DNA of 64,000 nucleotides, from the NCBI GenBank assembly GCA_965219415.1, contig OZ244742.1, forward strand, positions 1,216,001 through 1,280,000, read 5' to 3'. Both the position numbers and the translations under genes were made by a program. The DNA comes from Candidatus Marinacidobacterales bacterium (GTDB lineage: Bacteria > Acidobacteriota > Vicinamibacteria > Marinacidobacterales > DATDRI01). The notes below the pieces were generated by a model. It was not told the DNA's origin. It ran no database searches and saw nothing but the letters and a program-made list of their open reading frames with translations. This document shows positions 20,028 to 30,606 of this stretch, in pieces (the stretch's first letter is position 1; each line of letters begins with the position of its first letter).

Positions 20028-21479
20028 CTACTGGTCTCCCGTCAGCTCGTACTCGCGCATCTTCGTCAGCAGGGTCCTGCCGCTGACTTGAAGCTTCTCG
20101 GCCGCGTCGGATCGATTGCCGCCCGCGTCTTCGAGGACCCGCCTGATCTTCTCTTTCTCCGCGCAAGCGGCGGCCCGCCGACCGACCTCGCCCAAAGTGC
20201 CGGAAAGATCCAAATCGCTCGGAGGAGGCGGCAGCTTCTCGCTCCGGCCGAAGCCGAGGAGATCCGGCGTGAGCTCTTGGCCGTCGCACAAGATCACCGC
20301 CCGTTCCAGACAATTAGCCAGCTCGCGCACGTTCCCCGGCCAGTCGTGCGAAAGGAGTCGCTCCTTGGTCGCTTCCGGAATGCCCATCGCCGGTTTCCCC
20401 AACTCGCGACAAAATCGCTCCACGTAGTGCTGAGCGAGGAGGGGGATATCGCCACGGCGACTTCGAAGCGGCGGGATGGAGATAGGAAACACTGAGATCC
20501 GAAAGAAGAGATCATCGCGAAAGAGCTTTTCCTCGACCGCCTTTTGCAGATCGCGATTCGTTGCCGAAATGATTCGTACGTCCACCGTGAGCGTGGCCGT
20601 ACCTCCGACGCGTTCGAACGATCGCTCTTGAAGCACGCGAAGTAGCTTCGACTGAAGAGACAGCGGAAGCTCACCGATCTCGTCGAGCAGCACTGTCCCG
20701 TGGTTAGCCATTTCGAGCTTGCCCATCTTGCGACCAGTGGCGCCGGTAAAGGCGCCCTTTTCGTGACCGAACAGCTCGTTCTCCAACAGGTGCTCGGGAA
20801 TGGCGGCACAGTTGATAGCTAGAAAAGGGCCGTCCCGGCGTGGACTCAGATGATGAAGCGCCCGAGCGAAGAGCTCCTTGCCGGTACCGCTTTCTCCCAG
20901 GAGCAAGACGCTCGTATCGGTCGGTGCCGCACGTTGCAGCGCAAGACTAACCTCTTTGAGCGCCGGCCCCTCCCCGACAATTCGCGGAAACCCGTAGCGG
21001 GACGCGTACTCTTCTTTGAGAATAAGATTCTCGATAAGCAGCCGACGCTGGTCGATGGCTCGCTCCATCAAAACCAAGAGATGATCGGTATCTACCGGCT
21101 TCGAGAGGAAATCGAACGCCCCCTCCTTCATCGCGGTGACCGCATCTTCGATCGTGCCGTAGGCGGTCATGACGATCACCGGGAGATTGGTGTCGGCCTC
21201 GCGGGCGGCGCGCAGCACATCCATGCCGCTGCCTCTTGGCAGCCGCAGATCGGTGAGAACGACCGAGACGCGGGAGGAACTGAGGCACCCTCGTGCTTCC
21301 ACGGCGTCACCCGCTTCTTCGACGCTGTAGCCTTTCGACTCGAGTGTGCGCCGCAACATCGTGCGGAGCGAGATTCGGTCCTCGACCACGAGCACGTCGG
21401 CCCCACGCGGCGAAGCATCCGCCGGTGCTCGTTGGGCGCTGCCATCGGGACGTGCCCGCTGGGCCGAAGTGGTGCTCAC
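20028..21479 (-). CDS. NtrC-family sigma54-dependent response regulator
   Basis: Receiver domain, GESGTGKE, GAFTGA, WPGNVREL, C-terminal HTH. Confidence 0.94.
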   Translation of the reverse strand: MSTTSAQRARPDGSAQRAPADASPRGADVLVVEDRISLRTMLRRTLESKGYSVEEAGDAVEARGCLSSSRVSVVLTDLRLPRGSGMDVLRAAREADTNLPVIVMTAYGTIEDAVTAMKEGAFDFLSKPVDTDHLLVLMERAIDQRRLLIENLILKEEYASRYGFPRIVGEGPALKEVSLALQRAAPTDTSVLLLGESGTGKELFARALHHLSPRRDGPFLAINCAAIPEHLLENELFGHEKGAFTGATGRKMGKLEMANHGTVLLDEIGELPLSLQSKLLRVLQERSFERVGGTATLTVDVRIISATNRDLQKAVEEKLFRDDLFFRISVFPISIPPLRSRRGDIPLLAQHYVERFCRELGKPAMGIPEATKERLLSHDWPGNVRELANCLERAVILCDGQELTPDLLGFGRSEKLPPPPSDLDLSGTLGEVGRRAAACAEKEKIRRVLEDAGGNRSDAAEKLQVSGRTLLTKMREYELTGDQ

Positions 21480-21498
21480 CGTCGTTTCCTTGCCAGAG

Positions 21499-22035
21499 CT
21501 AGCGAACCCAGCCTGCTGGCACTCCTGCGCGGCGCGCTTCGTCTTGGATTTGGGCGAGCTCGGAGCGGGCGCCGGCGAGCTGGCTCTCGATCTCCTGTCT
21601 GCCGGAGAGGTTCCGTTGTCCCACCGGATTGACGTCGGTCCGCATGCCCCCGCCCCAATCGTTCTCCGGATTCTGCAGCTTCGACTCGAGGTCTGCTATC
21701 TTCTTCTTCGACTGCGCAACGCGATTCTGCCAGTACTCACGGGTCTTCGTTTCGTCGGCCTCAGACTGGTCTTCGTCACCCGCGCCGCCGGCATCCTCGG
21801 CAACACTGCCCTCGGCGGGCGCAGACTCTGGGAGCGGCGACGACCGTCCCCTGCCCAAGTCCCGCTCCGAGATGACCTTCGAACTTCCCTCAACCCCTGT
21901 CCGGCGTTTCTTCTCCTTGTCGGCTACTTCGACCAAGGATTGCGCATAGGCCGCTCCGGACAACACGCCAACAGACAGGGCCAGAGAAAAGAACCACCGA
22001 AGCCAAGAACTGCCTATCTGTCCTGTTTTATTCAT
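21499..22035 (-). CDS. Secreted coiled-coil hypothetical protein
   Basis: Signal peptide AYA-QSLVEVADKEKKRR; C-terminal ARRAGVPAGWVR. Confidence 0.7.
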   Translation of the reverse strand: MNKTGQIGSSWLRWFFSLALSVGVLSGAAYAQSLVEVADKEKKRRTGVEGSSKVISERDLGRGRSSPLPESAPAEGSVAEDAGGAGDEDQSEADETKTREYWQNRVAQSKKKIADLESKLQNPENDWGGGMRTDVNPVGQRNLSGRQEIESQLAGARSELAQIQDEARRAGVPAGWVR

Positions 22036-22071
22036 GGATTCCTCCCTGTACAATCGTACTCCCCGATAAAT

Positions 22072-23157
22072 TTACGAGCTCCCGCCCGACTTCTTTTGCG
22101 CCTGCCGCTCGGCTAGTGCTGACTTCGCACGCGTGAGCAACTTCTCGATCTTCGGAGCCAACGGGTCGTTGGGCGACAGCCGGACGAAGGCTTCGTACTC
22201 GGATAGGGACTCGGATATCTTGTCCAGGTTCTCGTACGCCTGAGCGAGGGCGAGGCGGAACCCGCCATTCTCCTCATCGAGACGCACCGCCTCCTGGAGA
22301 GGCTCCAGTGACTTGGAAAAGTTTCCAGCGGCGAGCTCGGTAACTCCCAGGGCGTGATGCGCCACCGCGGACTCGGGATTCGTCTCCGCCGCATTACGGA
22401 AGGCCACCGCCGCCTCTTCGACCCGGCCCGCGGTTTTCAAGCTCTCACCCAGCTCCAAGCGCGCAGACAGATTCTCCGGAGACTGCGCGAGTACTTCTTG
22501 CATCCCCAAGATGGCCTCCTCCGTTTTCCCTTCGGCTCGCATCGTCCTCGCCAGCTCGACCCTGGCAGTTTGGTCGGTCGGATTCAACTCGAGATACTGT
22601 TGGAGCACCTGTTCCGCCTGGGCGTCTTGCCCAGACCCCCGCAACATGGCCACCAAATAACGCTGAAAGCTCGGGCTCCCCGGAACGAGCTCGAAAGCAG
22701 CCTGCATGGCCTCGGTAGCTGCCTCGGGATCGCCCAAGTTGTGGTAAGCGAGCCCCAGGTACATGTGACCGAAGGGGTTATCCGGGGCTTCGTCGACGAA
22801 CCGCCCTAGGTGATCGACCGCTGCCGCATAATCTCCATTGCGAAACGCTTGCAGGCCCTCTCGCGTCGAGAGCTTTGCGAGGCCGGCGTCAAATGGGCGG
22901 CCCTCAGGAGGAGCCACGCTTGTTACGGCCGCGCTACCCCCTGCTGCCTCACGAGTCGTCGCGGGAGCCGGTCGGGGACTCATCCTCTGCCAGATGACGA
23001 AAATCGCCGCGCCTGCAAGCACGACGACCAGCAAAGGAACGAGGAATCGGAGCGGTGAGGGTTGGAAGTCATGGGCAAACTCCAACGGCTCGGAACAACG
23101 GACGCAGTACTCGAAATCGTCCTTGTTCTTGGCTCCACAATACGGGCAACGTATCAT
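22072..23157 (-). CDS. Zinc-ribbon, TM, TPR protein (paralog B)
   Basis: CPYC...CVRC, TM helix, TPRs; C-terminus clearly similar to 17460-18599. Confidence 0.8.
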   Translation of the reverse strand: MIRCPYCGAKNKDDFEYCVRCSEPLEFAHDFQPSPLRFLVPLLVVVLAGAAIFVIWQRMSPRPAPATTREAAGGSAAVTSVAPPEGRPFDAGLAKLSTREGLQAFRNGDYAAAVDHLGRFVDEAPDNPFGHMYLGLAYHNLGDPEAATEAMQAAFELVPGSPSFQRYLVAMLRGSGQDAQAEQVLQQYLELNPTDQTARVELARTMRAEGKTEEAILGMQEVLAQSPENLSARLELGESLKTAGRVEEAAVAFRNAAETNPESAVAHHALGVTELAAGNFSKSLEPLQEAVRLDEENGGFRLALAQAYENLDKISESLSEYEAFVRLSPNDPLAPKIEKLLTRAKSALAERQAQKKSGGSS

Positions 23158-23457
23158 CAGCCTTCTCCCGGGCCCGAGGGCATCAGGTTGTGTTCAAGTA
23201 CTTTCGGGCGATTTAGATGCCTCCATGCTATCCCATTTAGGGCCGGGTGCTCAACCTCCGTCTCCTGCCGACCGGTCGGGTCTATCTTTGACTTCAGTGA
23301 CTTCAGTGACTTCATTCGTTTCGGTCTTGAGTTTCGAGGAATCGAATCCGAGCCAATGCAAACAAGGCTGCCGGGCTTTCCAACCCGACAGCCTTAAGAA
23401 TTATCAGTGTCAATGGGGTCCCTGGACCCTGAAACCGTACCTACCGGGCTCGCGCCT

Positions 23458-24312
23458 CTATTGAACGTTGGCCGTAGTATTTGAGGCCTGCGCAGCATCA
23501 GAGCCCTGGATCGCATCGGTATCCGAGCCTTTGGTCACGTCCGCATACCGATCTCCCGAAGCCCCGCTGGACGGAATCCGAACTGTCATCTCGAGCCGCC
23601 TCAGGGAACCCGGCTGACCGGCTTGCGCACCCTGCCAGTTGGGGGCCGTCCCTTCGGCCGTGAGAATGACCCGATCGTGGGCGACTCCCTCAGCGATGGC
23701 GCCGTCGTAGCCGTAGTCCTGGTCGCCGGCCAGCGGCCTGCGTACCCACAACGTCACCGTCCCCTCGATGTCGATGTTACCGTCCTCATCGATGTCGCCG
23801 CGGATTCCATTGCCCGGATCCCGAAAGTCGAACTGGATGGGATCCGTCGAAACCGGGTCACGAAGCACCCGACCGATGTAGATCCTCACGTTCACGTCCC
23901 GATCGATGAAGTACTGATAGTCTCGACAGCCCGCGACGGACGCATCTCCGCAGTCGACGCCTGCCTCGATTGGCGGGGCGTTCATCAGTATCGGTCCGCC
24001 CGGTCCGCGCGGAGGAGGCAGCGCGTTGACAAAATCCCCGTCGAGGACCGCGTAGGAGGCGAGGACGTTCTTCCCGTACTCAAGGGCCGCATCCGCATTG
24101 AAAAACGCCATCTCCCCATAGCGATAGTTGACGCTGATGTCGGTCTCGGTCGTGGTCGTCAGCATCAACGCCAATCCGAGGACGGAGAGAACGAACAGGA
24201 CCAGAATGGAGATCACGAAGGCGGAGCCACGTTCTCCAGATCTGACCTGCGTCTTAGCGCTTGCTCCTGAAGCTGCGTTTTTTAGAGTTGGTCTATGCAT
24301 CTTCTTCTCCAA
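23458..24312 (-). CDS. Minor pilin, PilX-like
   Basis: ERGSAFVISILVLFVLSVLG (no E+5), AFFNADAALE. Confidence 0.8.
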   Translation of the reverse strand: MEKKMHRPTLKNAASGASAKTQVRSGERGSAFVISILVLFVLSVLGLALMLTTTTETDISVNYRYGEMAFFNADAALEYGKNVLASYAVLDGDFVNALPPPRGPGGPILMNAPPIEAGVDCGDASVAGCRDYQYFIDRDVNVRIYIGRVLRDPVSTDPIQFDFRDPGNGIRGDIDEDGNIDIEGTVTLWVRRPLAGDQDYGYDGAIAEGVAHDRVILTAEGTAPNWQGAQAGQPGSLRRLEMTVRIPSSGASGDRYADVTKGSDTDAIQGSDAAQASNTTANVQ

Positions 24313-24331
24313 ACGCTGGTGCTCTCAAGTC

Positions 24332-24865
24332 TCATCCCACGTTGGCGGTACGGAAAGTCACCAAACGTGCGTCGCCGACTCCCAGATAGATGCCGGACTC
24401 GCTGGAGGGTAGGCAACGAACGGCAATCCGCAGCATGGCGAGAGGCATGTCGGGATCGTTGGGGTCGATGATTCGCGTGATCTGCCAACGCACAACGAAG
24501 AGCGCCTGGTTTGCCGCGCCCACCGGCTGGCCGTCCCCGTTATAGAACTGGAAGAAGCCCGCATCGTTGGTGTCGAGATCGCCACCCGACGCGAGCGCCG
24601 CGTTCATGCTGGCGATGCTCGGGTTGGCCGGGTTGGTGTAGAAAGGCGCCGCCTTGAGCAACTCGAGCTGCTGTTTTGCCAATGCCGCGGAGGCGGTCAT
24701 CCGGCCGGCCAGGGCGTTGGCATTCGTCGCCACGACCATCATCTGCGCGAGGGAGAGAAGGCCAACCGTGAGGATCACGATCGCGATCATGACCTCGATG
24801 AGGGAGACGCCTCCTCGGCTCTTGTCGCTCTTCTGAGTTTTTCTTGTCTCGTTCTTTTTGATCAT
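24332..24865 (-). CDS. Minor pilin, PilV-like
   Basis: GVSLIEVMIAIVILTVGLLSLA. Confidence 0.82.
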   Translation of the reverse strand: MIKKNETRKTQKSDKSRGGVSLIEVMIAIVILTVGLLSLAQMMVVATNANALAGRMTASAALAKQQLELLKAAPFYTNPANPSIASMNAALASGGDLDTNDAGFFQFYNGDGQPVGAANQALFVVRWQITRIIDPNDPDMPLAMLRIAVRCLPSSESGIYLGVGDARLVTFRTANVG

Positions 24866-25494
24866 GGTACCTCTACTCGTACGCGCCCGTTTCGGCTAAC
24901 TCGGATGTCCCGAACGAAGTCGAAACGAGGATACCGGATGGTCATCACCCAATCGAGCCCATCCTGCCTGATGAGTGCGTTACCGGAGGCGCCTGCGGTC
25001 ACCGCTTCGACCGCACCGTTGGAACGAAACAGCAAGGCGTTCCACGTCCCGCCCGTCTCATCGAACACGATATCTTGCGGCAAGTTGACGATGTTGCCGT
25101 GGGGCGGCGATACGTTGTCACCCACTGCAGGCGCGACACCGTAGTTACGGTCGTTGGGATCGAAAACCGCGCTAGCGCCGGGCCCCGGATAGACGCCGCC
25201 GTATGCGCCCATCGTTACGGGATCTTGGTCTAGGGTTGTGAATTGGAACTGCCCTGGTGCCGGGTAATCGAAGTTGAGGATCAGACCGTTGCGCGAGTTC
25301 CGCTTGACGGCTTGTGACCGCGACTGCTGCATCAGCGATGCGACGCCTTGCGCCGCGGCGGTCATCTGGTAGTGGCGGATATAGTTGAGACCGTACGGGA
25401 TCGCCGTGGCAGCGAGAATGGCTCCGACCGCCATGACCACCAGGAGCTCCACGAGTGAGAAACCGCGCGATGCTTCCTTTCTGAATATCAACAC
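24862..25494 (-). CDS. Minor pilin, FimT/FimU-like
   Basis: GFSLVELLVV, SRSQAVKRN, LFRSNG, VSRNGRV; GTG start after GGAGGA RBS. Confidence 0.82.
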   Translation of the reverse strand: MLIFRKEASRGFSLVELLVVMAVGAILAATAIPYGLNYIRHYQMTAAAQGVASLMQQSRSQAVKRNSRNGLILNFDYPAPGQFQFTTLDQDPVTMGAYGGVYPGPGASAVFDPNDRNYGVAPAVGDNVSPPHGNIVNLPQDIVFDETGGTWNALLFRSNGAVEAVTAGASGNALIRQDGLDWVMTIRYPRFDFVRDIRVSRNGRVRVEVP

Positions 25495-26150
25495 GTCCTC
25501 CTCCTTACTCCGATTGAAGGGGTTGTGCGGAGAAAACACACCGCCCCGGATCGGCGCAAGACTCGGGCCAGGGTAGGCGGGTCTCAACCAACCCCATAAC
25601 CGCATATCCTGGAACGAGTTGCGCATGGCCTACACCAACTTCGCTCACTGAATGCGTTACCTTTGGTAACAGGGCTGAAATCGTGACACCCGATGCTACC
25701 TTTTGTGTGCCACTATTTGTAACCGCTAGATCCAGCACGGCGAAACGTCCTCAAGGGCGCGATGCACTACGCCCTAGTTCGGTTGGGAAATTGTACGAAG
25801 TACATTCTTCCTTCAGCGCAAAGGCCGATCCAATTGGCGGATCGTTGGAGACATACCTTCAACCAACTAAAAATATTGAGCTTGTCGTCTGGACGGAACC
25901 TCACTCCCTTGAATTTGAAGGATGGGCGTGTCACCGTTCGTAACAAAATCGGGACCGGGGGCCGCATGTCGCGCGTCCGCTCTGAATACGGAGACAAAAC
26001 GGCAGACGGGTCAAGGACCTCCGCGTACGGGAAAAAGGGCTCGATGTGTTGACAGTGTTCAACCTGCATGGGATCATGGCGAACACCAATTCCCAGAGCT
26101 CATAACAAGATCCGTTTTTCGCTCGAGAGCGAAACTCCCCTTTCACAAAT

Positions 26151-28334
26151 ATGAAGGTCGTAACCGAAAACAACGCTGCCAACTCGAGAGCAGATAGCTC
26201 TCCGCCCGCTTCAGCGCGTTGGGCGTGGCAACGATGGGCCTTTTTCGCAGCGTTGCTGCCGCTGGTTCTTGCGTCTTATGGGCTCAGCTCGCTTCTCACT
26301 CTTCCGCTGCTAGCGATCGTCTTCGTGCTAGGGCTTGGCCTCATGGCTCGGGCTCCGGATTGGCCCAGCCGTTTACTGGCTCTCGACCTCTCCATCATAC
26401 TCGCTACCGGCGTCTTGGGCGTTTACTCGATTAGCGTGGGAGAGCCAACCGGCCTGAACTTCGGTTTGGTTCTCGCAATACTTCTCGTCCTCGGCACATT
26501 TGCGTTTACCATTTACCTGGAAAAGGAGAACCCGAAGAGGGCGCCCTCGCAACGGCCGCGCCTTCGCTGGCACCATGCCCTATCCTTCGCGGTCCTGACG
26601 CTAGGAATAACCCTCGCCATTTCCAGCTGGGCATTCGGCCTCTCCGCCAACGTGACACCGTACACATGGCTGGCCTCGAGTTTCAGTTTCTGGCCGGTGC
26701 TCGTTTTTTCCTTGGCCTGTGTCATGACTGGACGACTCGGTTGGATCTTCGCATTGGTGTCCCTGGCAATTTTGGAGATCGCAACTATCTGGTACGTGGC
26801 CTCGACCGAAGTCGTTGTTTACCAGGATCACCCACTGCTTTGGGAAGAGCTCCGAAGCCGGCTCCGCGATCCGGGAAGCTGGGACATCCTCGTGGAGGGC
26901 CTCTTCTCCGTGCCGACGCTCGTGCTTACGCTGGCCATCTTCGGAGGATTCCCGATCCTCACGCACACCCTTGGGAAGCTGAATCGAGGAAGCTCCCTTC
27001 TCACGTTCGTACGGGTGCTCGCGATCGTCTTGGTGAGTGGCTCCCTTTTCGTCCAACAACGAGAAGTAGTCAACCCGAGCCGGGCCGAGCGTTACCTCGT
27101 GAACTCGTCGGCGCCGTGGGCAGCCGTCCACGATCGAACGCGCAAGCCACGCACCATTGACTGGGAGCAGGCCGCCCAATCGAGAACCCGTTTGGAATCA
27201 CCGATCTGGGAGACCGGGCCGGCCGCACCGTTGGACTCTCTTGCCGGCCGCTATCAGGGGCGTTCGATTGTTTTCCTGCTCATGGAGTCACAAGCTTCCA
27301 CACACATTGCCGGGCTCGGCGAGGGTGCATTCGCTCACCAGCCGAGCGCACCCCATTTTTCGCGAATGATGAGCGAGGGGCTTGTCTTTACCAACTACTT
27401 CGCGGCCGGCTTCGATACCCGTTCCGCTCTGTGGACTGTTGTCACGGGGTTGCAGTTGCCGATGGGCCAACCGGCAGGAGTGCAAAGGGCCCCCGAGGCG
27501 GCACGCGTGGGACGTATGCCCGACTTCAAGGCGCTCGGCTACCGATGCGACTGGCTGTACGCGGGCTCCCCACGTTTCGACAACTGGGACCTACTCATGA
27601 CCGGAGCGGGCGTGCGTTGGTGGATCGACGCGTCCGAAACGCACGATGTTTCCCGCGACTATTGGTCCTCCTGGGGAATGCCTGACCACGCACTCTACCG
27701 CATCGCGGGCGACCGATACCTAAGCTCTGTGGAAGAGGACGAGCCGACGTTCATCGGTGTCCTCACCATCAGCAACCATACACCGTATAACTTCCCGGAG
27801 ACCGTCAACGGTCAACGTCTCGCGATGGACCACGTCGGCGGGACCACGTATGCCGATCACGCCATGAACGGGCTGGTCACCACGCTTAGAGCCGATAACC
27901 GTCCGATCGTCTTCGTGACCTCCGACACGAGTTATATCGAGAACCTTCGGCAAGTAGAGCCCTGGGGAATCCTGGCGCTCGAGGGATTACGCATACCCGG
28001 CCTATTGTTGTTGCCCGACGACTTCCTTGCCGGTCAACGTTTCGAAGGGATCTTCTCTCACGAAGACATTCTGGACTTGCTCTACATGATGGTCGCGCCG
28101 GAGAACGAGACGCAAGGTGGGAAATTCCTGAGCCATCGTAGGACGGTCGGCTTCGCGAACTCCTATCAAGGACTCACCCGAAACACCTACGTTGCTTCCC
28201 CGGATCGGTGGTTCGAGATCGTGAGCGATTGGGGCGTGAGTAAGACCGAGCAACCACCCGAGCGGGAGCGAGTAGAAAAAGCGTTCGAACAGTTTCGAAG
28301 AACCAATGCTCTACTGTGGCCGGCGCCACCGTAA
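26151..28334 (+). CDS. LTA synthase (LtaS/MdoB)-like membrane phosphotransferase, alkaline phosphatase superfamily
   Basis: Multi-TM N-terminus; LLMES, GFDTRSA, WGMPD, TISNHTPY. Confidence 0.75.
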   Translation: MKVVTENNAANSRADSSPPASARWAWQRWAFFAALLPLVLASYGLSSLLTLPLLAIVFVLGLGLMARAPDWPSRLLALDLSIILATGVLGVYSISVGEPTGLNFGLVLAILLVLGTFAFTIYLEKENPKRAPSQRPRLRWHHALSFAVLTLGITLAISSWAFGLSANVTPYTWLASSFSFWPVLVFSLACVMTGRLGWIFALVSLAILEIATIWYVASTEVVVYQDHPLLWEELRSRLRDPGSWDILVEGLFSVPTLVLTLAIFGGFPILTHTLGKLNRGSSLLTFVRVLAIVLVSGSLFVQQREVVNPSRAERYLVNSSAPWAAVHDRTRKPRTIDWEQAAQSRTRLESPIWETGPAAPLDSLAGRYQGRSIVFLLMESQASTHIAGLGEGAFAHQPSAPHFSRMMSEGLVFTNYFAAGFDTRSALWTVVTGLQLPMGQPAGVQRAPEAARVGRMPDFKALGYRCDWLYAGSPRFDNWDLLMTGAGVRWWIDASETHDVSRDYWSSWGMPDHALYRIAGDRYLSSVEEDEPTFIGVLTISNHTPYNFPETVNGQRLAMDHVGGTTYADHAMNGLVTTLRADNRPIVFVTSDTSYIENLRQVEPWGILALEGLRIPGLLLLPDDFLAGQRFEGIFSHEDILDLLYMMVAPENETQGGKFLSHRRTVGFANSYQGLTRNTYVASPDRWFEIVSDWGVSKTEQPPERERVEKAFEQFRRTNALLWPAPP

Positions 28335-28344
28335 TGAACTGCGT

Positions 28345-30403
28345 CTATTGATTGATGTAGCCCAGGCTCTTCAGAATCTCCCGGTCGTGCGCGTCGACTG
28401 GCTCGTCCGAGCCGCCCCCTTGCTTCCCGCGGATTTCGGCGAGGGCTCGCCTTTCCTCGTTGGGAATGAGCGCCGCCAGCTGCTTGCGTAGGGTCGTGAG
28501 AGTTTCCCTCTGACTCTCATCGGTTACCAAATCGCGCGCCTCCTCCGGATCCGCAATGACATCGTATAGTTCGAAGCGTGGTCCATCCAGTTCCGGAGTG
28601 AGAATCAGTTTGAAACGACCGTCGCGGACCGCTCTCAGCTTTCCGACCACACCGTGGTAGGGGCGCAGGGCGTTGGCTTCCATCATCTTGACGTCCGACT
28701 CTAGAAAGGCCCCGCGGGATCGGTCCTCGCGCCCCCCCCAAAATCCAGCCAAGGTTCGCCCGTCCATCTCGCTAGGGTTCCGAATTCGGGCCAGTCCGAG
28801 AAGCGTAGGCGCCACGTCGATGGAACGAACCTGATGGGATACGGTCAAGCCCTCGGGGAGTTTCTTCGGCCAGCTCAAGATCAGGGGAATCCGCACCGAG
28901 CTCTCGTAGAGGAACGCTCCATGGTGGAAGTAGTAGTTGTGCTCCCCGAGCGAGTGACCGTGATCGGCGGTGAACATGACGATGGTGTCATCCCGGAAAC
29001 CGGCTCGTTCCAGTTCTTCGAGTAGCCGACCTACCTCCCCCATGGTGTCGTCGATCTCACCCCGGTAGAGTCTCCGCGCTCCTTCGTTTTCTTCCTCGGT
29101 GAGGGGGTTGTCGAACGTTAGTTCTCCTTGTGTGATCCCAGAAAGTGCGGGGAAGTTCACTTTGCTGGTTGCACCGGACGGAGAGTCGTAGCGCTTCTCC
29201 AGTTCGGGAGGAGGCAGATAGGGCCAATGCGGTTCGAAGTAGTGCGCGTAAAGGAAGAACGGCTGCTGCCGTATGCTGTGCAAGTAGCGCGAGGCGGAGT
29301 CGGTCACCGCGCGCGCCTGCGCCTGATAGACCTTAGGGGTTTTCGCGGAAGGCGTCTCGATTCGCTTTACCGTCACGCGGTCGGCGAGCACGAACCAGCT
29401 AACGTAGCGAAGGCCGCCGCCGTACTTTTCACCGAGCTCGTAGGTCGAATAGTAGCGCTCGAATCCTTGGCCAAAACCGCGTTCCTTGGACAACCAGGGA
29501 TTGTTCACGAAGGCGGCAGTACGGTATCCGGCCTCTTTGAACAATCTCACCACGCTCGGCTGGTTCTCCTTGAGCTCATCGTGAAGGGTACGCAGTCCGT
29601 GATGGATTGGATAGCGACCGGTGAAGAACGAAGCGACCGACTGTGGGGTCTTCGGTATGACCGTTACCGCATCCTCGAACAGGACTCCCTCGGCGGCGAG
29701 GTTCTCAATCGCGGGCGTCTGGGCGAAGCTACCGAAAGGGCTGACGTGATCGCGACGGGTGGTGTCGATCAAAATCCACAAAACGTTCGGCTTATCGGAG
29801 GAGCCCGTTCCGGTGAAGGCTCCCCAAATCGCGATCGAGACCACGCATCCCAAGGTCCCCACCGCCACCGCGCGTGGCCAGCGAAAGAAGACCAGGGAGA
29901 CCATCAACGCCAGCGCCGCGCTCGTGGCGTAGAGCCAAGCCTGCTCGCCAAGCGGATACGCGAAGTCCGGCACTCTCCCCCACAACGAGAATGTCGATGG
30001 GATAAAGAGGGCGAAGCCAACGAGGACCATGCGAAACGAACCGCTCAACCGTGTCCAAATGGATCGCGGTACCAGCCACATCGCAAGCAAAGTCGCGAGC
30101 AGCAGCTCAAAGGGCCCAGTTTCTCCAAGCAGCATCCAGCGCGCGAGGAGGGCGACCAGGGCCCACACGGTAAAGACGCCTCGGAAAAGCGGGAAGGGCT
30201 CGCGGAAAACGCGAACGAAGATCACTCCGAGCAACATCCAGACCCCGATGTGCAGTCCAGCAACCCAGGCCACGGTGCCCAAAGCTTCGAGGACGTTGGT
30301 CGAGGTCCACTCGCCCATCAGCACATCCCAAACGGGCGATGTGAATGCCCTCGAACAAGCCGACGACGACCGCGGCTTTGAAAAGCGGTAACAAGCTCTT
30401 CAT
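28345..30403 (-). CDS. Membrane-anchored sulfatase-like hydrolase/transferase (probable frameshift near 30326)
   Basis: PNVLWILIDTTRRD, PKTPQSVASFFTG, EPHWPY, TADHG, HHG; the N-terminus MKSLLPLFKAAVVVG is in another frame. Confidence 0.8.
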
Positions 30404-30483
30404 TAGTCTTTCCGATTGCTTGAAAGGGAGTGGGTTAAGTTGGATCTCATGTTAGCACGATCGGTGAGACTTCGCCCGTGGGG

Positions 30484-30606
30484 GCGTCAATCACCGGCGG
30501 TGCCTATCTGTAACCACGTCAGACGCGTCTGCACAACATACCTCGCGTCAATCGGCGCGGTGCCCAACTGTGACTGCGTCAGACGCCCCTCACAACATGC
30601 CTCGCG
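30484..30606. repeat. Imperfect ~60-bp tandem duplication
   Basis: GCGTCAATC...GCGGTGCC...CGTCAGACGC...CACAACATRCCTC occurs twice. Confidence 0.75.

Noticed and set aside
25698-25712. TGGCAC upstream of the fimU-like gene as a sigma54 promoter
   Set aside because: The -12 position reads AGGT, not TTGC
29128-30381. 417-aa plus-strand ORF and similar long antisense ORFs
   Set aside because: Shadow ORFs opposite recognisable genes in GC-rich DNA; no motifs
30484-30606. Possible CRISPR array
   Set aside because: Only two imperfect adjacent units, no spacers, no cas genes
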